46,703 nucleotides of DNA from an uncultured Bacteroidales bacterium (lineage in GTDB: Bacteria > Bacillota_I > Bacilli_A > ML615J-28 > CAG-698), in contig CAZYFI010000002.1 in NCBI GenBank assembly GCA_964646985.1, positions 1 to 46,703 of the forward strand, read 5' to 3'. This document shows, piece by piece, positions 35,331-43,288 of the stretch. The notes below the pieces were generated by a model. It saw only the letters and a list, made by a program, of their open reading frames with translations. It did no database searches and was not told the DNA's origin. A program made the translations under genes and the position numbers. The number at the start of each line of letters is the position of its first letter. Position 1 is the stretch's first letter.

Positions 35331-36320
35331 TTATTTAGTTGACTCTCGCCAAATCATTTTGTAATCAACCAAAATGTGTTTTGGTTTTTCATGTGTGCCG
35401 TTTTCTTTCATTAACTCGGTTAAATAAGCCATAGCACGATTGCCAATTTCATAAATTGGTGTTTCTACACAAGTAAGTTTTGGATTCGCCAGTTCAGCAT
35501 ACTTGGTGTTTTGAAATCCAATGACTTGGATGTCACTTGGAATATGATATCCTTTTTTTGTTGCAATGTTCATAAATGAAATGGCCATAGAATCACGAAC
35601 AAACAACGCAACTTCTGGAAGTTTGTTCTCTACAATTTGCATAAAATGTTTTTCATTTATGGCAATATCGCCACTTGAAAAAACAATGTTGGTTGGTAAT
35701 TTGGACTCTTCCATTGCTTTCACATAACCGCTTAGTTTTAAATCGTTTACGGTATATTTGTGTTCAGTACCAACAAACATGATGTTTTTGCTTCCACGTT
35801 CAATCATTTTTCTCGTGATGTTGTAAGCTGATTCTTGATAATCAATACAAACACTGCCAAATTTATCAGACTTTGGAATGGCATTGACAAACAAAACAGG
35901 AACCGGTGCATATTGTAACAACTTGGCTGTTTCTTGTGTCATTTCATCATTCATAAGTAGAACACCATCCACGCTTGACGCAATGACTTCACCCCATAAT
36001 TCTTGTTCTTGCTTTGGGTTTGAGTTAATGAACAAGCGAATGGTATATCCTAATTTCTTAGCACTGTCATCAATTCCTTGAATCATTTCTGCAACCGATG
36101 CTTGAGATATTCTTGGAACGACAATGGCAACCGTTGTCGAACGGCGACTTGCTAAACCACGCGCATTCGCGTTTGGTTTATAGCCTTTTTCTTTGATAAT
36201 TCGCAGCACTTTATTGCGCGTAGCTTCTTTCACTTTTTCAGGATGATTTAACACCCGTGAAACAGTAGCTAAACTAACCCCCGCTGCTCCAGCGATATCA
36301 TAAATTTTGGCTTGGTTCAT
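35331..36320 (-). CDS. ccpA: LacI-family regulator, CcpA-like
   Basis: N-terminus IYDIAGAAGVSLATVSRVLN...NARGLASRRSTTVAIVVP closely parallels CcpA (…ARGLASKKTTTVGVIIP). 329 aa. The gene symbol is tentative. Confidence 0.65.
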   Translation of the reverse strand: MNQAKIYDIAGAAGVSLATVSRVLNHPEKVKEATRNKVLRIIKEKGYKPNANARGLASRRSTTVAIVVPRISQASVAEMIQGIDDSAKKLGYTIRLFINSNPKQEQELWGEVIASSVDGVLLMNDEMTQETAKLLQYAPVPVLFVNAIPKSDKFGSVCIDYQESAYNITRKMIERGSKNIMFVGTEHKYTVNDLKLSGYVKAMEESKLPTNIVFSSGDIAINEKHFMQIVENKLPEVALFVRDSMAISFMNIATKKGYHIPSDIQVIGFQNTKYAELANPKLTCVETPIYEIGNRAMAYLTELMKENGTHEKPKHILVDYKMIWRESTK

Positions 36321-36340
36321 TATCTCACCTCTTTTTCATA

Positions 36341-36369
36341 ATTATATCACACGATGAAAATATTTTCAA
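36341..36369 (-). promoter_or_regulatory. SigA-type promoter of the ccpA-like gene
   Basis: On the minus strand, TTGAAA (36369-36364), a 17-nt spacer, then TATAAT (36346-36341), preceded by TGa (extended -10). Confidence 0.6.
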
Positions 36370-36375
36370 TTAAAT

Positions 36376-37599
36376 TTAAAAGCTAAAGTTCCCATTTTCA
36401 AAAACAGTAACTTGCTTTTGATCATTTGTGTTTCCAACTATTTTCATATCGCTACTGCCAAACATAAAGTCAACATGCGTCATTGACTTGTTGTAGCCTT
36501 TTGCACTCAACTCTTCTTCATTCATTTCGTGACCACCCAAAATATTCATTGTATAGGCGTTTCCCAACGCCAAATGACAAGAAGCATTTTCATCAAATAA
36601 CGTATTATAAAACAAAACATTCATATTAGAGATTGGTGAATTATGAGAAATAAGCGCAACTTCACCTAAATAAGAACTGCCTTCATCAAATTCTAACAAA
36701 CTTTTTAAAGCGGCTTTCTCTTTTTTTGCGCCATAATTTACTACTTTTCCATTTTTAAATTCTAGCCAAAAATCTTCAATCAATTTTCCTTGATAATTTA
36801 ATGGTTTGGTTGCTACTACTTTCCCATTCACTTTGTATTTGTGTGGCATTGTAAACGTTTCTTCTGTTGGGATATTGGGCGCAAAATAAACACCGTTTTT
36901 CGCGGTTTCACCACCGCCACCCCAAATGTGATTTTCTACTAGTCCTACTGTTAAATCAGTTCCCAAACTGTTGGTAAAGTGTAATGATGCAAAATTATAT
37001 TTGTTTAGCATCGCATTATGACGAGCTAATGTATCCATATGATCATGCCATTCCAAAACTGGATTGTTGTCATCACGAACACGTGATGCCATTAAAATAC
37101 TATCAAGTAATCTTTCAAAGGCTTTGGCACCCTTAAAGACTTTTTTGGCCCAAACATCGGTTGGATAAGCGATGACACACCATTGTGAGCCATTGGACAT
37201 CATATGTTTACGATAAAAATCAACTGCTTTTTGTGTTGCCATAGCGCTCATCTGTAAACGTTTTGCATCAATGTGTTTTAATAGTCCGGGTGTAGGTGCA
37301 CTAATAGAAATCACGGCAGCATTTTTGTCAACAATATATTGAAATTGCTCTACTACATAATGAGGAACTTCTTGTAATGTTTCCTCAGATACATTTTCAT
37401 AGTACATTTTATTTAAGGCATCATCATTCCAACGTACCATAACATTGGATGCTTTTCTTGCATAAGCTGCCTCAACCAATAAGCGAGTAAATTCCTTACA
37501 TTCAACCGGAGAATTAATTACCAATAATTGTCCTTCTTGCACATTAACACCAACTTCGACGGCTAATTGTGCGTATTTTTTCAAATTTTCTTTGTTCAT
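36376..37599 (-). CDS. Aminopeptidase, M29 family (AmpS/PepS-like)
   Basis: Collinear by eye with B. subtilis AmpS (LKKYAQLAVEVGVNVQEGQ...). Start is ATG 37599 behind AAAGGAG. Confidence 0.85.
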   Translation of the reverse strand: MNKENLKKYAQLAVEVGVNVQEGQLLVINSPVECKEFTRLLVEAAYARKASNVMVRWNDDALNKMYYENVSEETLQEVPHYVVEQFQYIVDKNAAVISISAPTPGLLKHIDAKRLQMSAMATQKAVDFYRKHMMSNGSQWCVIAYPTDVWAKKVFKGAKAFERLLDSILMASRVRDDNNPVLEWHDHMDTLARHNAMLNKYNFASLHFTNSLGTDLTVGLVENHIWGGGGETAKNGVYFAPNIPTEETFTMPHKYKVNGKVVATKPLNYQGKLIEDFWLEFKNGKVVNYGAKKEKAALKSLLEFDEGSSYLGEVALISHNSPISNMNVLFYNTLFDENASCHLALGNAYTMNILGGHEMNEEELSAKGYNKSMTHVDFMFGSSDMKIVGNTNDQKQVTVFENGNFSF

Positions 37600-37644
37600 A
37601 TTTGACTCCTTTAGAAATATCATATCATATAAATGAGTCTATTT

Positions 37645-37674
37645 AAAGAAAAAAAAGCAGTTTCCTGCTTTTCT
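37645..37674 (-). terminator. Terminator after rplS
   Basis: Stem aagcag (37655-37660) / ctgctt (37665-37670). On the minus strand it is followed by a U8 run. Confidence 0.7.
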
Positions 37675-38022
37675 TTAATTGCGCTCTTTAATACGAGCTG
37701 CTTTTGCGGACAATGTACGAATATAATTCAATTTCGCACGACGAACCAAACCTTTACGTAATACTTCGATTTTCGCAATGTTAGGGGTATGAACTGGGAA
37801 AGTTCTTTCTACTCCAACACCATAAGAATTTTTACGTACAGTAAACGTTTCGCTAATTCCGCCTCCACGTCTTTTTATTACCAATCCTTCAAACATTTGA
37901 ATACGTTCGCGATTTCCTTCTTTGATCTTAACGTGCACTTTAACTGTGTCGCCAGGACGAAACTCAGGAACATCATTCTTCATGTAAGCGTTGGTAATGT
38001 CAGCAATCAATTGTTGACTCAT
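37675..38022 (-). CDS. rplS: 50S ribosomal protein L19
   Basis: [46 protein letters not shown] is a typical L19 sequence. Start is ATG 38022 behind AGGAG. The track start at 38082 is an upstream extension. Confidence 0.95.
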   Translation of the reverse strand: MSQQLIADITNAYMKNDVPEFRPGDTVKVHVKIKEGNRERIQMFEGLVIKRRGGGISETFTVRKNSYGVGVERTFPVHTPNIAKIEVLRKGLVRRAKLNYIRTLSAKAARIKERN

Positions 38023-38149
38023 TGTTTTCACGCTCCTTCTGCCAATGTTCATTCTCATCACAAAAGGATGACAGCGGAACACCGTGATCAGCTAGACAGC
38101 CCTTGCTTCTAGCCTGATATATTATATCTTAAATCATGTGAAAAAGCAA
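38023..38149 (-). promoter_or_regulatory. rplS promoter plus a structured 5' leader of about 95 nt (possible L19-leader type autoregulatory RNA)
   Basis: On the minus strand, TTGCTT (38149-38144), a 17-nt spacer, then TATAAT (38126-38121). The leader contains gctag...ctagc and tcatc...gatga pairings. A Firmicute L19 leader family is known, but I cannot verify the match by eye. Confidence 0.45.
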
Positions 38150-38165
38150 GTTATTTCACAAAATA

Positions 38166-38615
38166 CTAACAAGTTTCACATTCTCCAACTTCAGGCACAA
38201 AACCATCACCCTTTAAGGTGGCATAGGTGTGATATCCACTAGCAAAGTAATGCACATTGCGATACCCAGCTTCTAAGAGCAAATGCGCCAAATAAGCACT
38301 ATCGCTACCGTCTTCATCCATAAGAATAATAAGATATTGATAATCATCCCCAATCAACAATTGAAGATGTTCAAAAATGGTGTCAAGGGCTTTTTCTTCT
38401 CCTAATGAATTGGTTGTTCGCATACAAAAGAACCCAGGAATACGCCCCAATTTGCATATTTCTTCACTACGCAAATCATATGCTTTTGTTTTTTGATTTC
38501 CAATGTTTTCTAAAATGCGATCAAATTGCGCTATGTCATTGTCTTGGTAAACATAAACTTTCCCTGAAGAACAACCTACAAGCAACAACAACAAAAGAAA
38601 CATCACGTGTTTCAT
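38166..38615 (-). CDS. Rhodanese-like lipoprotein lacking the catalytic cysteine, with a C-terminal CxxC
   Basis: Lipobox LLLVGC. Rhodanese-fold signatures (AYDLRSEEICKLGRIPG..., LLEAGYRNVHYFASGY), but the active-site loop reads LMDEDGSDS. Ends GECETC. Start is ATG 38615, overlapping the trmD TGA. Confidence 0.65.
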   Translation of the reverse strand: MKHVMFLLLLLLVGCSSGKVYVYQDNDIAQFDRILENIGNQKTKAYDLRSEEICKLGRIPGFFCMRTTNSLGEEKALDTIFEHLQLLIGDDYQYLIILMDEDGSDSAYLAHLLLEAGYRNVHYFASGYHTYATLKGDGFVPEVGECETC

Positions 38616-39340
38616 AACGTTTTTCCTTGCTTGATTTGTTCTAACCACTTTTTGTCTTCAGCTGATAAATTGGCTCTGTTTAACAAATCTTTGCGATACT
38701 GATAGGTTCGTTCAATGGCTTTAAATCTACGATATTGTCTAATTTTTTCGTGATCCCCCGATATCAGCACTTCAGGAACGCGAAGTGTTTCAAATACTTC
38801 AGGCCGAGTATATTGGGGATATTCTAAGAGCATATCCTGAAAACTTTCTGTCATTGTTGATTGATTATTTCCTAGCACATTTGGTAATAACCTCACAATA
38901 CTATCTACTATTGCCATAGCAGCAATCTCGCCTCCAGTTAAGACGAAATCACCAATAGAAACAACCTCATCTACATAGTTTAAAATTCGCTCGTCGATCC
39001 CTTCATAATGACCACATATAATGATGACATGCTCAAAATGAGCCAATTCTTGGGCTTTATTTTGCCCATAAATCAATCCTACGGGACTTGTCAATATTTT
39101 ATGTGCATTTGCATAATTAGGTATAGAGCGCAAACAAGCAACAATTGGTTCTACGCTGATAATCATTCCCGCACCACCACCATAGGAATAATCATCTACT
39201 TGCTTGCTTTTTTTGCTAGAAAATGTTCTAAAATCATGAATACGAATCTCAACAATCTGTTTTTCTATTGCTCGCTTAACAATCGAAGAAGAAAGCCCGG
39301 AAAACATTTCTGGAAATAAAGTTAAGATATCAACGATCAT
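38612..39340 (-). CDS. trmD: tRNA (guanine37-N1)-methyltransferase
   Basis: MIVDILTLFPEMF..., YGGGAGM and GHYEGIDER motifs. ATGA overlap with rimM. Confidence 0.95.
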   Translation of the reverse strand: MIVDILTLFPEMFSGLSSSIVKRAIEKQIVEIRIHDFRTFSSKKSKQVDDYSYGGGAGMIISVEPIVACLRSIPNYANAHKILTSPVGLIYGQNKAQELAHFEHVIIICGHYEGIDERILNYVDEVVSIGDFVLTGGEIAAMAIVDSIVRLLPNVLGNNQSTMTESFQDMLLEYPQYTRPEVFETLRVPEVLISGDHEKIRQYRRFKAIERTYQYRKDLLNRANLSAEDKKWLEQIKQGKTL

Positions 39341-39843
39341 AACAATCCCTCAATTGGCGTAATGATAATCATGCGATGAATGGTATCAACTTGCTTGATA
39401 AACTCAGGAACAAAAGGAATGAGGGACTCTTTGTTGTTTGTCTTCTTTACAACCAACAATATTCCTTGGGGGAGTGGTGTAATGTCCGACACTTCTCCAA
39501 TTAATTCCATATTTTCTAAATACACTTGTAATCCAATTAAATCATCATAATAAAATTCATTCTCAGGGAGTTCAGACAATTGATCACGATCAACATAAAC
39601 AGTAGATCCTACATAATCCAACACCATGTTGATATCAAAAAGATTGTTAAAGGTAATCAAATCCCATTGTTTGTGCACGCGATGCGTAGTGATCGTTATG
39701 GTTTCCATTTTCCCTTGTCTTTTCACATACAACGCATTGTTTTTTTGAAAACGTTCCTTGCGAAAATCAGAATCAGATTTTATTTTCACTTCACCCTTAA
39801 TCCCGTGGGTTCCAACTATGATGCCAACTTCAATTAATTTCAT
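39337..39843 (-). CDS. rimM: 16S rRNA processing protein RimM
   Basis: MKLIEVGIIVGTHGIKGEVKIK is a typical RimM N-terminus, and a PRC-barrel C-terminal half follows. Start is ATG 39843, overlapping the ATPase TGA (ATGA). Confidence 0.9.
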   Translation of the reverse strand: MKLIEVGIIVGTHGIKGEVKIKSDSDFRKERFQKNNALYVKRQGKMETITITTHRVHKQWDLITFNNLFDINMVLDYVGSTVYVDRDQLSELPENEFYYDDLIGLQVYLENMELIGEVSDITPLPQGILLVVKKTNNKESLIPFVPEFIKQVDTIHRMIIITPIEGLL

Positions 39844-42278
39844 TTGCTCACCTTCATCGCTCTCCAAGAATTTAACACAGCAATCAAAGAAACTCCAACA
39901 TCAGCAAACAAAGCTTCATAAATTAGAAAATCTAGTAAAAATGAAAAGACAGAACCTACAATAAATGGCTCAATTAATGCCAATGTCAATACGATAAACT
40001 TCACGCTTAATGCAAGCACTATATTTTGTACTACGATATGGCGTGTCTTTTTGGCTATTTTCTTTGCAATTGGAAGTTTCAATAAATCATCGGTCATCAG
40101 CACAATATCAGCAACTTGAATGGCAGCATCGGACCCCAACGCGCCCATCGCAATACCAATATCAGCACCACTCAATACTGGCGCATCGTTAATTCCGTCG
40201 CCAACAAAGACAACCTTGCTCGATTCTGGTGTGCTTGCTTTGATTTCTTGTAATTTTTCCACCTTCATAATCGGGGATAATTCAGAATAATATTCATCAA
40301 TTTGAAGTGCTTGAGATACTTCTTTTGCAACTTCAGCGGCATCTCCAGTTAACATAATTACCTTTTTTATGCCCATTGCTTTTAATTGTTGAATTGCTTC
40401 ATAAGCATTGTCTTTGATTTGATCTTTTACTAAAATACATCCCTCGGTTTTGCCGTTTATGGCAACAAAAACTTTTGTTCCAACAATTGTTACTTCTGGT
40501 GTTGTAATGTTTAAGGATTCTAAAAATTCATTTTTCCCAACAACAACATGCAAACCATCCACTAAATTGGTAACACCAAAACCAAGACCTTGCTTTTGTG
40601 ATGAAATTCTTGCTAGTGTAATGTTTTCTTGTCCATATGCTTCCACGATTGATTTCGCAATCAAATGGTTGGCGTTAAGTTCACAATGAGCAGCATATTC
40701 TAAAATTTGCTCTTTGGAATAGCTGCCAAAACTTAATGTTTCACTCACCACAAATTTACCTGTTGTAAGTGTCCCTGTTTTATCAAAAACAACGGTATCG
40801 ACATCATTCAAAGCTTCTAAATAGTTGCTTCCCTTAATTAAGATTCCTTGCCTGCTTGCTCCTCCGATTCCGCCAAAAAAACCAAGAGGAATTGATAAAA
40901 CCAAAGCGCACGGGCACGAAATAACAAGGAAGATTAAAGCAACCAAAATCGATTTTTTAAATCCGTTCGTCCAAGACAAATCATAAGTTGGTAAAATAAA
41001 CGGCAGTAAAAAAGCGAGTATAACCGCAACAATCACTACAATCGGCGTATAGTAACGGGCAAATTTAGAAATAAATGTCTCCGATTTCGCTTTTTGGCTA
41101 CTTGCGTTTTCTACAAGATTTAATATTTTCGAAACCATGGAATCTTCATATATTTTTGTGACTTTAATTTTTAATGTCCCATTGGTACTAATAGATCCTG
41201 ATAAAACTTGATTGCCACGTCTCACATCTTTGTACACACTTTCACCAGTTAACGCTGATACATCGAGTGCACTTTCGCCTTCAAAAACAATGCCATCTAA
41301 TGGAATTCGTTCACCGGCACGCACATAAATCATATCGCCTACTACCACTTCCATTGGATCAACCGATACAATTTCATTGTTGACAATGATATTTGCAGAT
41401 TCTGGCTGAATATCAATCAAAGCAGCAATCGATTTACGCGAATAATTGATAGCATGATGCTGAACCATTTCCCCAATTTTATAAAACACCATAACGAACA
41501 CGGCTTCATCATAATAGCCTACAATTAACGCTGTAATGGTCGCAAGCGACATCAAAAATTTTTCATCAAAAATGCGCCCAGAACGTATATTTTTATATGC
41601 ACCATATAACACGTCCCATGCAAGCATTACGTATCCAACTGTATAAGTAACGTAGATAATAACCGTAACAATAATGGGGCTTACCTCAGTAAATTGTTTT
41701 AATATTGTTTTTATAATATAACCAAAGAAGAAAATAGATACCCCAATAATAAAGAAATTTCTACCTACTTTATCATGTTTAAAATCATCTTCAAATTGGT
41801 GTTTTTTCTTGGTTTTTTCTAATACCCTAATGGCAGGATCAACGGTTGATGCGATTGCTTGTACTCTTTCTTGTAGATTTGCAATCAAATCAGCGTCTGT
41901 CGTTTCAATAATAAAACGAGTAGAAGCAAAATCTACAACAATAAATTCATATTGAAAGTTTCTTTTTGCAATTCGCTCTATTTTTGAAGAACAAGCAGCA
42001 CAATCAAGATTTTCTAATATCAACACTTTTCGATAAGTTTGTTTGACTTCGCGTGGCTTGATCTCAATGGCATCATCGACATTCTTTATCATTTTAATGA
42101 TTTTTTCTAATTCCGCATCCATTTCATCACTAGATAAAAACTCTAGTGTCAATATCTTCGTTTCTTTGTTTAGTTTGAATTTTCCTATAAAGTCTTTCGA
42201 TAAATCAAATTCGATTTTGCGAATTTTGTTTTGACTTTCTAGGTTATCTAAGTAAAATATTTTCTTCAATGATTTCAT
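39840..42278 (-). CDS. Heavy-metal P1B-type ATPase (Zn/Cd/Pb-type signatures)
   Basis: HMA motif LDCAACSSKIE, TM6 CPC (ISCPCALVLS), phosphorylation site DKTGTLT, GDGINDAP, and TM8 ADVGVSLIAVLNS (Asp as in ZntA/CadA-type pumps). Confidence 0.85.
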   Translation of the reverse strand: MKSLKKIFYLDNLESQNKIRKIEFDLSKDFIGKFKLNKETKILTLEFLSSDEMDAELEKIIKMIKNVDDAIEIKPREVKQTYRKVLILENLDCAACSSKIERIAKRNFQYEFIVVDFASTRFIIETTDADLIANLQERVQAIASTVDPAIRVLEKTKKKHQFEDDFKHDKVGRNFFIIGVSIFFFGYIIKTILKQFTEVSPIIVTVIIYVTYTVGYVMLAWDVLYGAYKNIRSGRIFDEKFLMSLATITALIVGYYDEAVFVMVFYKIGEMVQHHAINYSRKSIAALIDIQPESANIIVNNEIVSVDPMEVVVGDMIYVRAGERIPLDGIVFEGESALDVSALTGESVYKDVRRGNQVLSGSISTNGTLKIKVTKIYEDSMVSKILNLVENASSQKAKSETFISKFARYYTPIVVIVAVILAFLLPFILPTYDLSWTNGFKKSILVALIFLVISCPCALVLSIPLGFFGGIGGASRQGILIKGSNYLEALNDVDTVVFDKTGTLTTGKFVVSETLSFGSYSKEQILEYAAHCELNANHLIAKSIVEAYGQENITLARISSQKQGLGFGVTNLVDGLHVVVGKNEFLESLNITTPEVTIVGTKVFVAINGKTEGCILVKDQIKDNAYEAIQQLKAMGIKKVIMLTGDAAEVAKEVSQALQIDEYYSELSPIMKVEKLQEIKASTPESSKVVFVGDGINDAPVLSGADIGIAMGALGSDAAIQVADIVLMTDDLLKLPIAKKIAKKTRHIVVQNIVLALSVKFIVLTLALIEPFIVGSVFSFLLDFLIYEALFADVGVSLIAVLNSWRAMKVSK

Positions 42279-42280
42279 AT

Positions 42281-42559
42281 TTAAATATGAGAAGTGTGGT
42301 GAAACACCTGCGCTATCACTTCATGAATGTGATGATCGCTTAATTGATAATACACTTCTTTTCCCTTTCGCTCGCTTTTTACAACGTTATTGTTTTTTAG
42401 AATACGGAGTTGATGTGAAATCGCTGATGGCGTCATTTGCAGTTCATTGGCAATAAAACCAACCGGTTTTGCTTCGTTGCTCAGTGATTGCACAATATTT
42501 AAACGAGTAATATCACCCAAACATTTAAATATCAAAACACTTTTTTCTATTTGATTCAT
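42281..42559 (-). CDS. ArsR/SmtB-family metalloregulator with a CzrA-like alpha5 site
   Basis: wHTH (ITRLNIVQSL...ELQMTPSAISHQLRILK). The C-terminal D-x-H-x10-H-x2-H (SDHHIHEVIAQVFHHTSH) matches the alpha5 Zn/Co site spacing of 0, 2, 13, 16. Start is probably ATG 42559 behind GAGG. Confidence 0.8.
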   Translation of the reverse strand: MNQIEKSVLIFKCLGDITRLNIVQSLSNEAKPVGFIANELQMTPSAISHQLRILKNNNVVKSERKGKEVYYQLSDHHIHEVIAQVFHHTSHI

Positions 42560-42575
42560 AAATACCTCATTCATT

Positions 42576-42589
42576 TGAACACTTGTTCA
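42576..42589. promoter_or_regulatory. ArsR/SmtB-type operator candidate TGAACA-CT-TGTTCA
   Basis: Perfect 6-2-6 inverted repeat, 17 nt upstream of the regulator start codon and downstream of the -10 box. It resembles the core of 12-2-12 SmtB/CzrA operators. Confidence 0.6.
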
Positions 42590-42600
42590 TATCTTCATAT

Positions 42601-42629
42601 ATTATAAATGAAGCAAAACAATAAGTCAA
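42601..42629 (-). promoter_or_regulatory. SigA-type promoter of the arsR-ATPase(-rimM-trmD) unit
   Basis: On the minus strand, TTGACT (42629-42624), a 17-nt spacer, then TATAAT (42606-42601). Confidence 0.65.
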
Positions 42630-42640
42630 TTGATAAAATT

Positions 42641-42665
42641 AAAAAAAGTCAGAAAACTGACTTTT
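42641..42665 (-). terminator. Terminator-like hairpin after the KH-domain gene
   Basis: Stem aaaagtcag / ctgactttt (42643-42665) with a 4-nt loop. On the minus strand it is followed by a U-run (rc of A7 at 42641-42647). Confidence 0.6.
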
Positions 42666-42915
42666 AAAATGAATCAACTGATATTTCAATGCGCTTGCCA
42701 GCACGAGCTGCACAAGCATAAGCAATCGTTCGAATAGAATTAATGATTCTTCCTTTTTTGCCAATCAATCTGCCAACATCTTCAGGGTTAACTAAAATTT
42801 GGACATTGATTACATCTTCTTCATCAGCAAATGTTTTTACAACCATTTCTTCAGGAAAAGAAATAAGTGGCCCAACTAAGTCGCCGAGAAATTTTTCATA
42901 ATTAATTTCTTTCAT
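42664..42915 (-). CDS. KH-domain RNA-binding protein (YlqC/UPF0109 family)
   Basis: 83 aa with GRLIGKKGRIINSIRT (GxxG KH motif). Conserved position after rpsP. Confidence 0.85.
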   Translation of the reverse strand: MKEINYEKFLGDLVGPLISFPEEMVVKTFADEEDVINVQILVNPEDVGRLIGKKGRIINSIRTIAYACAARAGKRIEISVDSF

Positions 42916-42923
42916 CTCTGCAC

Positions 42924-43190
42924 CTACTTAGTTTGCTTGGAAAATTTTTCGATAATTCCTAATTTTGAAAGCAATGATTTTACTGTATCAGTGGGTTGAG
43001 CACCATTGTTAAGCCATTTCAATGCTTTTTCTTCATCGATTTTAAGCATATTCGTTTTTTCAATTGGATGATATGTTCCTAAAACTTCGATGAATCTGCC
43101 ATCACGAGGGTTACGAGAATCGGTTGCAACAACACGGTAAAACGGTCTTTTGTTTGCGCCAAATCTTTGTAATCTAATTTTTACTGCCAT
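42924..43190 (-). CDS. rpsP: 30S ribosomal protein S16
   Basis: [35 protein letters not shown] is a typical S16 sequence. Confidence 0.95.
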   Translation of the reverse strand: MAVKIRLQRFGANKRPFYRVVATDSRNPRDGRFIEVLGTYHPIEKTNMLKIDEEKALKWLNNGAQPTDTVKSLLSKLGIIEKFSKQTK

Positions 43191-43220
43191 GATAGATACC
43201 TCCTTATTTGTTTATGATGT

Positions 43221-43249
43221 ATTATATCATATTCAAACAATGGTGTCAA
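43221..43249 (-). promoter_or_regulatory. SigA-type promoter of rpsP
   Basis: On the minus strand, TTGACA (43249-43244), a 17-nt spacer, then TATAAT (43226-43221). Exact consensus. Confidence 0.7.
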
Positions 43250-43288
43250 GCATTTTTACTTAACAGATGTTTTTTAAATTCTATATTT

